The translations under genes were made by a program, and so were the position numbers. The notes below the pieces were generated by a model. The model did not search any database. It was not told the origin of the DNA and was given only the letters and a program-made list of their open reading frames with translations. Below are positions 11,811 to 25,921 of a DNA stretch of 64,000 nt, piece by piece. How positions within the stretch are numbered: position 1 is the stretch's first letter; every line of letters starts with the position of its first letter. The stretch comes from Haliotis rubra (lineage: Eukaryota): assembly GCF_003918875.1 (NCBI RefSeq), contig NW_025765448.1, positions 558,001-622,000 of the forward strand, in the 5' to 3' direction.

Positions 11811-12664
11811 CTGGACAGTTTTCACAGTAAACACTAAATTCATTATTAAACTGACATGTAGAGTCAAAGTTTGATGGTTCGCTGAGTAGCAGCAGTTGTA
11901 TTTTAGGGTTATTGATTAGCCATCAGAGGGTTGCTAATTATGTCAATTATGGTATGATTAATCATGTTGGATCATCAATGTACTAGGTGATGTTTGCTGG
12001 CGTGCTGTCGCCAATCAGAAGGGTGTAGCAAAGTTTATGCCAGTTCATCCATTATTGAAGTTATTGTCATGACTTCAGATATGATAGACATACATGATTG
12101 GTCTTTGGAAGGCAGATATGCAATAATCAATGATGTTGCGATTTTCTTTGTGGTGTACATTTGACCTTGGCATTTATACCATGTGACATCTTTTGTGAGT
12201 AGATTACAGGGCGTCTTTAAAGTCATGCATATGTCAGCTATAGCCCTGAGATGACTGACAGAAGTTTATATCTCAAATTTCAATTGGGAATGTTAACTTA
12301 TCATGCACAGTTCGTAAAGGTGAAGAATATTTTTTTCCAATATTTTCGTATGATGCTGGCAAAAAATATTCATTACTTACGCATTTCTCTGGTCCCTGGG
12401 AAGTCTATTTTTGTCTGCAATTGCTATATATATTTCTGAATTATTGATACCTTTATATGTGATATTCATATAAAAGTCATCCGTTGTTCTACTTGGTTGA
12501 TTTACTCATTGAATTGGGAGATGATAAGTAAGAAAGTGTCTCTTGATAAGTGAAATAAAGAAGTTTAGGTTCTACATGTTTTAAATGTGATAATCAACCA
12601 GCTAATGATCACTGAAGTAGCTTCTTTACGAACCAGGGTAGGTATTGATTATCATGATATGAGG

Positions 12665-13015
12665 TCGGGCTGGCTATTGATATAGATCATAGAAATCGAT
12701 CAGCGTTGAATGAATATCGATCGATTATCGGTAAATATCGGAGAAGTGGCTTTGAGCAAAAATGACTAAAAATATGAAAGAAATCAACGTATTTCACATC
12801 ATTGGTGAGTGATGACATATTTAGACTTGGATTCATCCTGAACATACTATAAGAGCTGCCCATGATAAAGACCTAACTTTGAGTAAATGTTAAAATTAGT
12901 TCATCACAATAGTTCATATACGACATTATTGATTACACAATTTTCGTATTGATAATCATTAATAATGAATCCCATTGACAGTATTTCTGATTATCAATCT
13001 TTTTAGCCATCCCTA
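12665..13015. mobile_element. Degenerate hAT-like MITE
   Basis: Ends tcgggctggcta / tagccatcccta, with subterminal atcgat-rich repeats. TSD is degenerate. Confidence 0.55.
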
Positions 13016-14981
13016 GATGTGGGTGAAATTATTTTGGAAAGATAAACATCTCTACATAGTTGCTAGCTGAGAGTAATTGTGTGTATATTTAGAAAGGTAC
13101 TTGACTAGGATTGTTGAAACTCAAATGGTTACAGTGCAGTCATTTGAATTTTTGTAACCAAATACATTGAGATGAATGATAACAATTTGAGAGCACTCTC
13201 CCTTGACATTAAACCTGTTGGCTATGCCACACCTTATGGTTGAACAAGGTGGCACTGTTCCTCGAGATATTGCTAGTTTGTGACAGGTGAAAAACTTCTG
13301 TCAAAATTCCTAACCTCAAAAGAGTGTTGTGAATATTCACGTTGTTTGAGTCTGCCGGTCTTTCTGCAGTGTGATAGCTTTTCAATGGGGGTATCTTAAA
13401 GCTGGTTTATATCATTGTGTATGGTGTACAAGGGAGAAGATAGTCGTAAAATTCTGCCCCAGGTCACTACTTTATCAACACAGAATGGGACAAGGGGCTG
13501 GAGCACCTGCCGGTTTTAATGGGTTATGGAGGGCTGTGATTGGTTGAAATGACAGGGAACGAGCTGGGCCTGTGGCCAAATTGTTGGCTTGCTACCAGCC
13601 ACGAGGCTTTGACATGCTGCCGCATTTACCAGTGCTTGATTGATAGTGTTCTGCTTTTATTGAAGCTTGATACTATAACTCTCTTTCATGACAAGTGTCT
13701 AGTGACTGCTTTCCATCTGCAGGATAGCAGTGGCCACAGTAATTGAATATTTTTGCTTATCAGTCTATAGATGGTTTCAAAATATGTCTTTCAATCTTAG
13801 GATTTTGTTTGAAATTTGTTATATATCTATGTGTTTGCAGCAAACTTTTATATCAATATTTTGTATTATCAGTTAAAGTAGAAGCTGTATTTTGAATGTC
13901 AAAAGGAAATTAATTTTGTCAGGTTTGTAGAGAATTGAAAAGAAGTTGCAAGGTAGCCTGGTGGTTAAAGGTTTACTTGAAATGTGTATGAACCTGGACA
14001 CAGCCCATTCTTACTGCCTTCCCCTCTACTTATGTGGTGGAATTGTGTTATGAGTGTCAAATACTATACACCGATACTGAAATTCTTTACATTATATGTA
14101 TGGAAATGATGTATTATGAAGAGGGTTAAACATTTAAGTATTGATTTTAAAAATGAAGAAAAAGTTTGTTTTGAAGATGTTATACTTTTTCAAGAATGCT
14201 ATCAAAGATGATTGGTTTAAAAAAATGTACCCGAATTAATGACTGACGTTTGACTCTTACTTTCTTTCTCCCTGATCCTCATTCTTGTTCTGTGAGTTGA
14301 TCAGGAAGCAGATATGGCAGTCAAAGCTTTTATTCAATACTTCTGAAGAAGCGAATTTAATGCTTGTTTAAGGTTTGCTAACAGGCAGGCGTTTATTTCA
14401 ATTGATTGCAAACAGACTGTACCCAGAGCACCATGTCAATGGACAAAGCCTTCTGCAACGGCTACAATAACACACGTGTAGCCAGACAATATTGTCGCTT
14501 ATTGCATGTTAATTTCACCATTGATCTAGCAAAGACCAGGCCGTTATCTCTCGTATCACTATGAATAGCAGGTTACTATCCTGAATTGATTAAGACGAAA
14601 ATTTCTGTCTTTTCATCATTTCTGTCTGGGAAAATGTGCTGGAAACCGTCCTCTTGGGAATGTTGCCATATGCTAGCTCTTGCTCTTCAGACCACAGTTT
14701 TTGAGTTGAAATTGCAAGGCGAGGCCAATTAAGGTGAACAGTGTGTTATTGTCCGTAGAAGTGTGTTAATGGCAGGATAAGTTGTGAGCCAGAGGGCTCA
14801 ACTTGTGCACTGATCTATCAGGATGACCTTCCTTGCAGCTTTTTAATCTTGTTGCATGTTTGCTGTTGGAAATATGCATTGAAATTTTAACTTACATGTG
14901 TGCTTGAACCACATTATTTTCAGAGTCTTCTGAAATATTCTCTGTTTAGCGACTCCCACATGTAAGTCACTTGATATATGA

Positions 14982-15130
14982 GTGAGTGAGGTTAGTTTTA
15001 TGCTGATTGTAGCAATAATCGGCGGGGTACACCAGAAATAGGCTTCACATGTTGTACCCATGTGGGGAATTGAACCCAGGTCTTCAGCGTGACAAGCGAT
15101 TGCTTTAACCACAAGGCTACCCCACTGCCC
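14982..15130 (-). mobile_element. SINE family A
   Basis: Full-length match. TSD cacttgatatatga at 14968-14981 and 15131-15144. Confidence 0.9.
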
Positions 15131-16208
15131 CACTTGATATATGACCCCTGAGTTTTGAATGTGTGATGAGAGTGGAAGTTCAGTGATTCGATCCGGGCCT
15201 CTTCATATACAGTTATGCGATGGAACTTGTTGTCTGCCTGACCTGCAACCTTTGTTTCTAAAGCAGATTTCTGTGGGGTTAAATGTCTTGGTTTCAGAGA
15301 CAGAGAGAACATGTTAATCTTACTCCCTGATCCTCATTCTGGTCATTTTACATAGAAAATGAAGTCAATCAAGTAGAAATATGACTGGATGTGCACGAAA
15401 GATTATGCTTGGATAAATCTTTAAGGCATAAGTACTCTGTGTAACTAGAACAGTTCTCTGTTAATCGTACCAGGCTTTAAGGCAGTATTCAAAATTAAGC
15501 ATGAAGGTTCTGCCATAACCCAAGTGTTGAATGGTGAATGTTTTAAGCATTCCAATTCAAATACTATATCAGTAAAGGACCTTAAGAGCATTCTTGATTT
15601 TAAACAAAGCCATGCTACTCTGGGTCAGGAGTGGGGCTGGGATTTAGACCAGATACTTATTCAATGTATTTTATAAAATTGAAACCTGAAGCCTAAATGC
15701 ATTCTGTGAAAAATACTTGCAACAGTACATTTTTTGTGGCAGACAATTTTTTTCTTTCCAATTGCGGACACATTACTGTTTTTTTCCAGCAATTTTGGGA
15801 CTTCATTCTATTTTTCAATAATATTCCAGTTTATGATCAGAAGAGCTCAAGGATCCAATGAACTCTCTGTATTGCAAACACTACTGACATCCATAGAAAC
15901 CTGCAGCATATCTGTCTGTGTCTATGTATTGTCCGACCGGATCTCCAACCTCTCTCTAATAAGATCATGATAGTGATTCTCCATCTACTGTTAAAAAGAC
16001 AGCAGCTGAGATTTACCAGTGCTTTGGCTTCTGCGCCAGGTTACCACTTGAGATGGTTGCTTGGCATGGTGTTTGACCATGTCCCTCACCTACTGTAGCA
16101 CATGGGCCTCTGTTTACATTTGTCATATTTATAATAAACGGAGAGCCTCCCTTATCTGCCAACCAGGTGGGCAGTAGAGGACTGGTCCAAGTGGTTGCTG
16201 GGTGAAAG

Positions 16209-16363
16209 GAGTGAGTGAGTATTGTTGTATGCTGCTTTTAGCAATATTCCAGCAATATCACAGCAGGGGACACCAGAAATGGGCTTCACACATAGTACCC
16301 ACGTGGGGAATTGAACCTGGGTCTTTGGCATGATGAACAGACACTTTAACCACTAGGTTACCC
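16209..16363 (-). mobile_element. SINE family A
   Basis: gagtgagtgagt...ttttagcaatattccagcaatatc...aaccactaggttacccc. Confidence 0.88.
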
Positions 16364-16744
16364 CTGGTTGAATGGAAGTGGGAAGGGATGGAATCAAGGA
16401 CTGTCGTGTGACATCAATACAATCAGTTGGGTTATTGGTAATTATTTTATCTAAAGGGGGAGGAAGGGTAGAGAGCTGTTTGTGTTGTTTCTGTTGTTTC
16501 CATCTTCATGTGAGTTCTGGTAAGATTTCGGGTAAAGAATTCTTGTAATTGCAATGTGATGAAAGGCAGGGGAGGTGGGCATCTATGGAGTAAAACACTT
16601 CTCGGTGCCATTCAGAGATTTAAATTGAAATGTGCATCATATGTTTGTTTTATTTCTTTGTCGTTTAACGTCACAGTTGGCAGTTTTTGAGCTATGTGGT
16701 TGTGAAGTAGTCAAGTTTGGAACTGACAGTCATGTGATTGTCAT

Positions 16745-16995
16745 CACAAGCATCCAGCTTAGGAATAGGGATGTGACAGTCAGATGTGACGGTCTGATGT
16801 GACAAGCATCCAGCTTAGGAATAGAGATGTGACGGTCTGATGTGACAAGCATCCAGCTTAGGAATAGAGATGTGACGGTCCGATGTGACAAGCATCCAGC
16901 TTAGGAATAGAGATGTGACGTTCCGATGTGACTTTCTGATGTGACTAGCATCCAGCTTAGGAATAGAGATGTGACGGTCCGATGTGACAAGCATC
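16745..16995. repeat. 43-bp tandem repeat (about 5 copies) within a decayed minus-strand SINE B (about 16665-17065)
   Basis: Unit gatgtgacaagcatccagcttaggaatagagatgtgacggtcc. The flanks follow the SINE B order. Confidence 0.8.
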
Positions 16996-17134
16996 AGCCA
17001 AGACAAGCTTGACCACTGATATTGTTAGTTGTCTATCACAAACGTGACTTTCAATGATCCATTCATATGATTTTGACCACTTGTTTCCGCTTGGCCAATC
17101 AGAATCACAATCGGCAGATACTCAAGGGAGTGAT

Positions 17135-17508
17135 TAGTGTTTCCCCAAGACATTTTAGCAGGGTGCAGCACCCGGCCCTTTTGATTTTGCTCCCTGCCCT
17201 TTTTCTAAGGTACCCTGCCCTTCTAACAAAGTTCTGGCAAAATTCCTGTCCAGGAAGAACATAAGAATATGAGGATGAGCTCTTTTAGTGTGTTCTGCAA
17301 AACATTTCTGTACAAAGAATAAAATAATTGATATCAACACTTGTTTGTTTTTAGTGTTTATTTTCTGTTGAAGTTGAGTGAAATAACTGTGCTCTTTGTG
17401 CCTTAAAGAATCATACACATTGATAACCTGATACTTGGAAATCTGTCATTGCATGCCCATTTTGAAATTCCATTGCCCTGCCTCTTTTGTTTCCTGGGAG
17501 AAGCACCA
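17135..17508. mobile_element. Possible hAT-like MITE
   Basis: Imperfect TIRs tagtgtttccccaag / cctgggagaagcacca with internal tgccct repeats. No clean TSD. Confidence 0.45.
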
Positions 17509-18652
17509 GTGACTTTGTATTATGTTATATGTTTCTGTCCACTATGCAGAGCTTATGATAACCCTAGTATGTCAACAACTAAGTCAACTAAAATTGATGA
17601 GAAAAGTAACGAGTGTTGACTTTAATGGACAAACTGGAATAGGGGACATCCCAAACAAAAGTTATGGATGATGTTAATACCATTATTCCAGAAGAAAAAA
17701 ATTATACTGTGTAATGCTACAGACAATGAAGAAGTTGTCCGTAAAAAGTTGCATGTCTTCATGTTCTGTTCACTTCTTAATGTCTCAGCTTTGTTGCTAA
17801 ATCAGAGGCTTGATTATTCTAGTAGTTTGTTAAGCATCAATGCCATTGCTGCGACCAGACCATTATGTAATATTCCCATGCTTCCAGTGCTGAAAGGTTT
17901 AATATCATGAAGTTACATATGAAAATTGGCATGGTTCAACCTTGGGCTTTGTGAATAATTGAATGGTTTTATTTTTAGTACTCCTTGCTATAGGCTGAGA
18001 TGCCCATACTTCTGTGATAAGTGACTCACAGGTTAATAATGCTGCCGCTGCTTCTGGCTGTCAAGGTTCCCGAGTGTGGGAAATTTGGGGGGAATGCTGT
18101 GAGAGATAAGAGTTTTCACAGTACAGAATCTACCTGAGCTTTATGGTCATGTAATAGTTCTGGAAACCAGGGCACATGTGATCTTTGTGTTTTGAGGATC
18201 GTAAATGTATGTTCAAGAATGGAAATTGGGATTGTCTGAGGACTCAAGTTAAGGTGCAGAATAGGGAACATCAGGACCCCGAGTTAGGGCACTGTAGTCT
18301 CTTAGCAAAGTTGTAGTACCCTTGTGGGTATGTTTGGGAGGCCACTTCTTCATGTTCTCCATTTTGCCTGTAGTTCTGGGCGCAGGTTGCCCAGTTGTCT
18401 ATTGCACCACAATTTTCTCTACAGAGTTGCTTCTCTTAGCCGTGCCTGAAATCCACAACTGTTTAAGTCCCAGTAGCAGGTTAGGTTTCTGGGTTTGTCA
18501 ACAAAAAACCCATGCTTGTGGATTTCAGTTTTATGATAAATGTGTAATACCTTCATATCTTTAGTCTTCCCACATCAAGCTTTCATAACACATCATGCAA
18601 TTAATCAGTTTTCCAGAAAATTAGATGAACATTATGAAGTTTTTACTCTGGT

Positions 18653-18819
18653 GGGGCAGTGGGGTAGCCTAGTGGTTAAAGCTTTCGCTCATCATGCTGA
18701 CGACCGGGTTCGATTCCCCACATAGGTACTCTGTGTGAAGCCAACTTGTGGTGTCCCCTGCCATGATATTGCTGGAATATTGCTAAAAGCGGCGTACAAC
18801 TAAACTCACTCACTCACTC
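18653..18819 (+). mobile_element. SINE family A, full length
   Basis: ggggcagtggggtagcctagtggttaaagc...ggttcgattccc...actcactcactc. TSD ttactctggt. Confidence 0.92.
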
Positions 18820-19609
18820 TTACTCTGGTATTGACTTTACAGATTTGGTGAAATATTGTCTCACTGAATATATATTTCTGTTTATAGTTTAGTGTAATTA
18901 AGTGCAGAATACATGTTTGAGAGCTTTATTTGACACACTCATGTATGATAGAATCACATTGTAATGATTGTCACTATTTGTTGAGGGTAAATCTGAAGTG
19001 TTAAGTCATGAAAGTCACAGTTTGGTTTTATCACAGCATATTTATCTGTGGTTTAGATAGGAACTGTAAATTAAAATCATGGTAGAGATGCTGCAGAGGA
19101 ATGTAAGATGGCTTGCTTGATGGTGGCACATGTGGCTTGCAGAGACATGTGGACAAAGGAAGTTTGCCATTCAGGGTTCAGGACGTGGTGTAAGATATCA
19201 GATTTCACCTTTCCAAACATATTTAAGACCAGACTAGGACTAAAAGTTTCTGTCCTCGATTTTTCTTGGTTTCCATGGCAGCGGTTCTGTCTCTGATTAA
19301 TTCGAGCTGTGCTAACGCCAGTGGGTGTTTCCAATCCAGATTGAAAAAATAATGTCTGTGTTAATCTGCTTATGGTCAGAAACACTCCTCACTCTTTGTG
19401 TTCTGTGGCAAATTGGACAGTCTGAATCTCGATTGTCGTTTACTCAAATCAATTTACAGGGAATTATGTGAATGTTAAGCTACACCCACTCTTTCTTTAT
19501 CATTGGAGACATACCAAAGGGCATGTTGTGTGTCAGGGGATGTCTTATATAGGAACCACTTGTACAAAGTCAGACATGCTCTGGGCATTTTGTGTTGGGC
19601 ATTGGGAGG

Positions 19610-19915
19610 TTGTGTGTGTTTGTAGGGCAGGGTGTAGGAGAGGGTATGTGTGTTTTGGATGGACGGGGTATGTGTGTATGTTTGTAGGGCAGGGTGTAGG
19701 AGAGGGTATGTGTGTTTTGGATGGACGGGGTATGTGTGTATGTTTGTATGGCCGGGTGTAGGAGAGGGTATGTGTGTTTAGGATGGACAGGGTATGTGTG
19801 TATGTTTGTAGGGCAGGGTGTAGGAGAGGGTATGTGTGTTTTGGATGGACAGGGTATGTGTGTATGTTTGTAGGGAAGGGTGTAGGAGAGGTTATGTCTG
19901 TGTGTTGGATGGACA
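19610..19915. repeat. 62-bp G/T-rich minisatellite (about 5 copies)
   Basis: Unit gtttgtagggcagggtgtaggagagggtatgtgtgttttggatggacggggtatgtgtgtat. Confidence 0.93.
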
Positions 19916-21097
19916 AGGTTCACACATGCGTGCTCAGAAGGGGAAGCCGGAAGGCTATGCATGTGGGTGCCTGATGGGAGTGGGGTAGATGTCATGGACA
20001 GAATTCGCTGGTACAGAGACACATTTAGTGTATGTGCTTTTTAATATATATCACAGAATATACAGGTACGAAGTCTTACATATGTTATATAGGTGTCTTG
20101 CACAATTTCCAAAGGTACAAAAGACATTTCAAACTGTTCTTTGTTGATTTTTCTTGAGTGCCATTCAGATCCCACAATGCAATATATTTTGTACCATGGT
20201 AACTCCTCAAAACTTGTAGTGAATTTTGATACTGATCAGTTGTTACCAACTTTGTGTAAGCACAAACTGAGAAACATTTTACCCAAGTGGACTTATGTTT
20301 GAATAGAACCTTACAAAGCTTTCTGTTTATTGCATTTCTTATGAGGCTGTGAGATAATGTCAATTGTCAGGCTTGGTGAATTGGCTGATTGCATGTCCCA
20401 GACAGTGTTGGGCAACAGACTGAATGTCCTCAGTATGGTCATGGGTTACCTCCCCTTGATCAATCTCTCTGAATGTAGTATTAAAATTTGCAGCTGTTTG
20501 CAAATTCATGAACTTCTAAAGCATATTTCAAAGTATTTTTTGAGTGGCAGCAATATTCTCCTGTCACTTTAGATTTAGTTTCTGGAGGGAATGCAACAAA
20601 ATGAAACAGGGATTAATTGTGTGGTCATTTATTATACATTCACATTCATATTTGGGGAGTTATTTCAGTTTTTTCATGTGAATATTACAGTTTTTCATGT
20701 CACATTTGCCAGTCTTCCTTATTCACACACTCAATCAACATTTATGTTTTAGTGTAATAATGTAATATTTTTAATTCTCCTTTTGGAAATCATGCCCCTC
20801 ATCTAGGAATGTTTTCCTGTTCCTCTTGCACACATGTAATATTTATTTGTTACACACACTGAATCCACATTTATCTTAAACATATGCAAGAAAGTATTAC
20901 AGACCTTATTTCTTGTGTTTAAAAATCATGCCCCACCTGATCATTATACATTTTCTCCCCCACCCTCTTCTTTTGCTACGCATTTGTTCACTCCCCCCAA
21001 TCCCAGCCCCAACCCTCCTATAATAAATAACCAGTTCCTTATGTAACAGTTAATTGGGTGATAAGAGGTTACAAAGTACAACTCTTTGTTTGAAAAG

Positions 21098-21255
21098 GGG
21101 TGGTGGGGTAGCCTATTGGTTAAAGCATTTGTTTGTCATGCAGAAGACCCAGGTTTGTTTCTCACATGGATACAATGTGTGAAGCCCATTTGTGGTGTCC
21201 ACCGTGATATTGCTGGAATATTACCCTCCACACACACACACACTCACTCACACAC
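21098..21255 (+). mobile_element. SINE family A (diverged)
   Basis: ggtggggtagcctattggttaaagc...gatattgctggaatatt, followed by a CA-rich tail. Confidence 0.82.
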
Positions 21256-21681
21256 TCTGAAAAATGTCTGAAAGTGATCAGCAGATCTGTAAACTGAACA
21301 ATTAAGTTGCTTGGCCTTATAAGCCCTCACATAACTCCTATGCAATAGCGCCATGTATTCAAAGAATTCGAGGGAACATGTAATGTCGTATTAAACTGAG
21401 TCGGCGCCTTGTGTGGTCGGACTGAAATAATCTATATTGAGCTGGAGGTGGTGAACTAGTCTCGTGTCCCTTGTTAGAGGGATTACGAGAAGATCATTGT
21501 GAACCTGTATCATGACTTTGGGTCATGTCAGTGGAAATTGCTCTATCATTCTCTTGAAGAATATCATGAATATTCTCAATAACATTTCTCTCTTTGGGTT
21601 TCCCCATCATGAATTAATTGGTGTTGCACTGGAGATTGCACGAATATTACAGGTTTGGCAAAGGTAGTCTTTCAGAATTTA

Positions 21682-21840
21682 GGGGGCGGTGGTGTAGCCC
21701 AGTGGTTAAAGCGTTTGCTCATCATGCCAAATGCCTGGGTTCGATTCCCCACATGATAACAATGTGGTAAGCCCATTTTTGGTGTCTGCGGACGTTGTTG
21801 AAATATTGCTAAAAGCGTTGTAAAAACCAAACTCACTCAC
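21682..21840 (+). mobile_element. SINE family A
   Basis: A and B boxes plus aaactcactcac tail. Confidence 0.87.
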
Positions 21841-22011
21841 TTTCAAGATTTCTTATTGCCTATTATCGAAAGTTAATATGTCAGTGTATAAATATATTTA
21901 TGTTGCTGTGATCATCTCAGGAGTCCAATATTTTTGGTGCCTATCTGGACTGTTAAGCATGACACTATTTCTTTCCCTAGTCAAAAAGTAATGAATGATT
22001 TTCAAAAATAA

Positions 22012-22245
22012 TGTTTGTTTAATGCTGCACTCAGCAGTAATATAACTATGTGATGATCTGTAAATAATAATATCTGCACCAGACAATCCAGTGACTGACA
22101 TCATGAGCATCATTATACGCAGTAGGGGTATGATGACATGAAACTAAGTCAGCGAGCCTGACCAAACTATCATGTTAGTTCAATGCTGTTGGCATAGATT
22201 GCTGAAGACACAAGACACATTCTAATCTGAATGGATCTTCATGGT
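22012..22245 (-). mobile_element. SINE family B
   Basis: ccagacaatccagtga...aagtcagcgagcctgacc...gctgaaga...ggatcttcatgg. Confidence 0.8.
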
Positions 22246-24522
22246 TATAAGAAGGGATCTGTGAGTTAATGATATTATTTTAGTATATTCTCAAGCATGA
22301 TCCTTTTGTCTGATACTGATATATAACACCACATTTTGATCATGGGTTAGCACAATGGATAAGGATAAGGGATTGCCTGCCATGCCCAAAGTCTAGGTTT
22401 GAATCTACACAAGTCTGAAGCCTATTCTTCTATGATCAGGAAAGTGCTAACAAAATGTACCCACAAATTTGTAAATCTTTTGGGATTCTGGAGTAAAAAA
22501 TGCGTTTCATCAAATCCAAGTTGCTCACAAAATATTTCTTAAATCATAAACTCACACAACAATGGTGACATCACAGTGTGTTTCAAGGTTGATATTGATC
22601 TGTATAAAGTCACCATCATATTTGACAAATATCCAGGTTTTTGTGTCTACTTATGTGTGGTATTTGGTTAAGCTTGGCATCATATGGAGAGTTTGGATAC
22701 ATGCCAGTTGTCTAATATGTAGCATTTTGATACTGCACAGATTCAGGTGTACAAAATGAGGGTCATTATTGACTTAATATTTTGCTTGTGTAAGAGAAAT
22801 ATTTGAGATGTGTATGGCATTAGGAGAATGTGTTAATTGACTGTGAGAAAGGTATTGTTCCTTAGAACATTAGGACTAAAATACAGAATGAAGGTCAATC
22901 AGTGCTTAGTCTTGCATCATAATCAAGTTCAGTGAGGATGTTACATAGCAGGGTTTTACCTCAACTCACAAACCTGCATGTCCCAGGGACCCCCAGTTAT
23001 TAGTTTTAAGGGTCCTTGCAGGCAATATGAGGGTTCTGTGAAGTAACAGTTTAGAGAACTGTATGTTTTGATAATTTCTTTGGAGCCAGGAATGAATCAT
23101 TGATCATGTGGACTGATGGATGAAATGATGCATGTAACTGCTCTGAAAGAAACAACCAAACACTTAGCAAAGTCATAGATGTGTTGTGGGTACATGGAAT
23201 AATATTGTGCGTCCCTCTGGATGCAGTGAATTTTTTTTCAGCGTCCATTCTCTACATTTGTGAGTACTGGATGCACATTTGTGTGTTGCGTAAAACCTGG
23301 TCAGTATTTTGAAAAAAAGGGGCTGCACATTTCAAGATAATATCTTTTCTTGAGATAACCTTGTGTAACAGGCACAAGGAGGACATTTTATGTTTGTATT
23401 TACATCTGACAAACTTCAGCTAAAAGCATTATATTGATCCAGCAATACTTAAAAAACGTATTTCCTTTTTTTTAAGTAAAATGATACTCACACCACTTTT
23501 TACTAACAGCATCTTTACATAAAACTGCTTTACAGATTTTACCATGTTGACAATGGTTATGGCTCTTAATCTTCAGCTGTCTGATATAAGCATGATATAG
23601 CAACCATGTTGATTGACAGGCCATGTGTACCAGCTACAGTGATAGATGTGTATCGCTTGTTATCTCTCGGTGTTGTGTGCTTGCCTGATGATTGGCTAAT
23701 TATGAGCAACTTACTGAATTATCCTTTCAGTTTGTCTCAAACTTGACATCTTTATTATTTTTGTTATCTTTGACAAATGTGAGAATTTTGATTTTGTTGT
23801 AATTTCTTTAGATAATGGGACTTATTTTGTGATAAGGAGTTCCATGATGTTTTATTGATTCTGAAGTTGGTTGATGATGTGGGAAATGAAATTGAAAACT
23901 TTCGGCAGAGTTAAAAATTATGTCATAGTTCCAAATGTCAAACTCATCTTTTTTCATTTTCTATTGATCAGAATGACAGGCTTATTAATTTTGGGTTTTT
24001 AGGATAAAGTATTAATTGCAATATCTCAGTTCCCAAGTTAATTTTTAAGTGAATAAGGACCATAGCTAAGAAATACCCAAAGCCAAACACTTAACTCAAA
24101 TCAACCCCTATATGTTCCTGTTTAATGTAGAGACTAGCTTGAACAACCCATGCTTGTTTGAGGCAATTGACTTAGTCGGAAACTCATATTCTGATATTTG
24201 TGGATGAATTTATATTCCAATTTGGTACTTTCATGATGTCAATCACTGGATTGTCTGATTTAGATATTTACATGCTGCCGTCTTTGTGACATTAATATTG
24301 CTGTGTGCAGTTGTTAGCACCACTCAACTAACAATGAGTATTTCAAGCATACACATTTTTCGAGCGACCTTGACCTTGTTTTTTATGTATTTGTCATTCC
24401 TCAAAAATGAAGATAAACTGGACAATCACAAAATCAATGTGTGTTTTTGCCCAACATTATTTCTTTGATCTATCGGCATATGAACGGAATGTGATCTGAT
24501 ACAAGATGTGACACATAATGCT

Positions 24523-24643
24523 CAGGGGCTCCTTCACGAAGCAACCTTTGCTAAGGTTAACCTTAACTCCCATTCTTTAACTTTGCACTAAGGTTATCTT
24601 AGTGACTTATGATCACCTTGGTGCTTTATGAAAGAAGGCCCTG
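24523..24643. mobile_element. Short palindromic MITE
   Basis: Imperfect TIRs caggggctccttcacgaagc / gctttatgaaagaaggccctg. Related to the elements at 58849-59246. Confidence 0.6.
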
Positions 24644-24958
24644 GTCTGGACAAATGAGAGAAAAAAATGGGTGTTTGTTTACTCATAAACCAACTTTACA
24701 ACACAATACATAAGCATGTCTGTTGGTGCTCTCAATAGTGGAGGCTGAAAACCTCAATATCCACAACAGAGATACAAAGTTGGAAGATTACTAACCAAGC
24801 ATATAGACACCTGCTAGTATTTGTAGTGCCTGCTACTAATGTTGTCAAGCTCTTGAATGAAAAACTATTACCATTTTGGTATTAATCCAACAAATTCCCT
24901 GGCACAAAAAATGCGTTCGTTCTCACAAATGTTCATTTGTCGGTGTATGTCTTTTCAG

Positions 24959-25095
24959 ATGTCCGGATGATTATGTTGGCGAGTTCTGCCAAGACTTGAA
25001 CCCCTGCAGACAAAAGCTCTGCAAGCACAACAGCACATGTACAGTCATGCAGCAAGCAGACGAGGCACCCAGAGGGTTCTGCAACTGTACAATAG
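24959..25095 (+). CDS. Notch: Notch exon: end of EGF1 and EGF2 (CPDDYVGEFCQDLNPCRQKLCKHNSTCTVMQQADEAPRGFCNCTIG)
   Basis: Acceptor cttttcag at 24951-24958 and donor gtaaga at 25096. Phase 2 in, phase 1 out. Cys spacing and the VGxxCQDxNPC motif match Notch EGF1-2 as I recall them. Confidence 0.92.
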
Positions 25096-25582
25096 GTAAG
25101 ACTTTCCGAACATTACATAAAGTGAATTTAACTGTTCCGTTTCACGGAAGTCATACAGAATTTTGTCTTTGATGGATGAGATGATTTCTGGCAGGAGACA
25201 AGTATTCCTTCTGTCAGCACTTTTGGCAGAGCTACTAAGAAGTCTACTTTTGGCAAAGGTTCTAAGGAACTGATCATTTGATGATCTTAGGGGGCCAGGG
25301 ATATTGTATTTAGACTAGATGCTTTTTCATCTAAAGCTGCAAAACCAGATACTTTTTTAATCCAAATTGTAAAATTACTAAAAATTTATGACAGAAAATG
25401 TTTTATATCATTGTTATTTTTGTGGATTTTCAGGAACAATTTATATTTTCTTAAACATTCGCCTGTTAAAGAATCTCTCATTATTCAGTGAGCAAATGAA
25501 TAATTTAAAGCTCCAGTCAGCCATATTACACCAAGTCTTGCCTGTCTCTTTTTTGGCAGATTTTGTTCTTTTGTTGTCATAG

Positions 25583-25751
25583 GGGAGGTGGGGTAGCCTA
25601 ATGGTTAAAGCGTTGGCTCGTCACGCCGAAGACCCGGGTTCGAATCCCCACATGGGTACAATGTGTGAAGCCCATTTCTGGTGTCCCCAGCCGTGATATT
25701 GCTGGAATATTGCTAAAAGCGGCTTAAAACCAAACTCAATCAGTCAGTCAG
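25583..25751 (+). mobile_element. SINE family A, young near-consensus copy
   Basis: CpGs retained (cgtcacgccgaagacccgggttcg). TSD ttgttgtcatag at 25571-25582 and 25752-25763. Confidence 0.93.
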
Positions 25752-25921
25752 TTGTTGTCATAGTGGTAAAAGGTTCATTATGTTCTGACCAAAATCATCA
25801 GTGATCTCATATTGAACTGTATATATATGAGACTTGAATCAATCAGACATGTGGGGATTACAAGATAGAACAGGCGCCAAATACCCAACACTTTTATCAC
25901 TTGATGATTCCGGACAGAATA

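Noticed and set aside
19468-20022. His/Thr/Pro-rich and Gly/Val/Cys-rich ORFs
   Set aside because: Translations of the 62-bp minisatellite.
1-24958. Upstream Notch exons (signal peptide, first part of EGF1)
   Set aside because: No convincing short Cys-patterned exon with suitable splice phases was found by eye. It is probably upstream of the window, although a small exon could have been missed.
25583-25655. tRNA genes
   Set aside because: The tRNA-like A/B boxes are SINE heads, followed by a shared body, a tail and TSDs.
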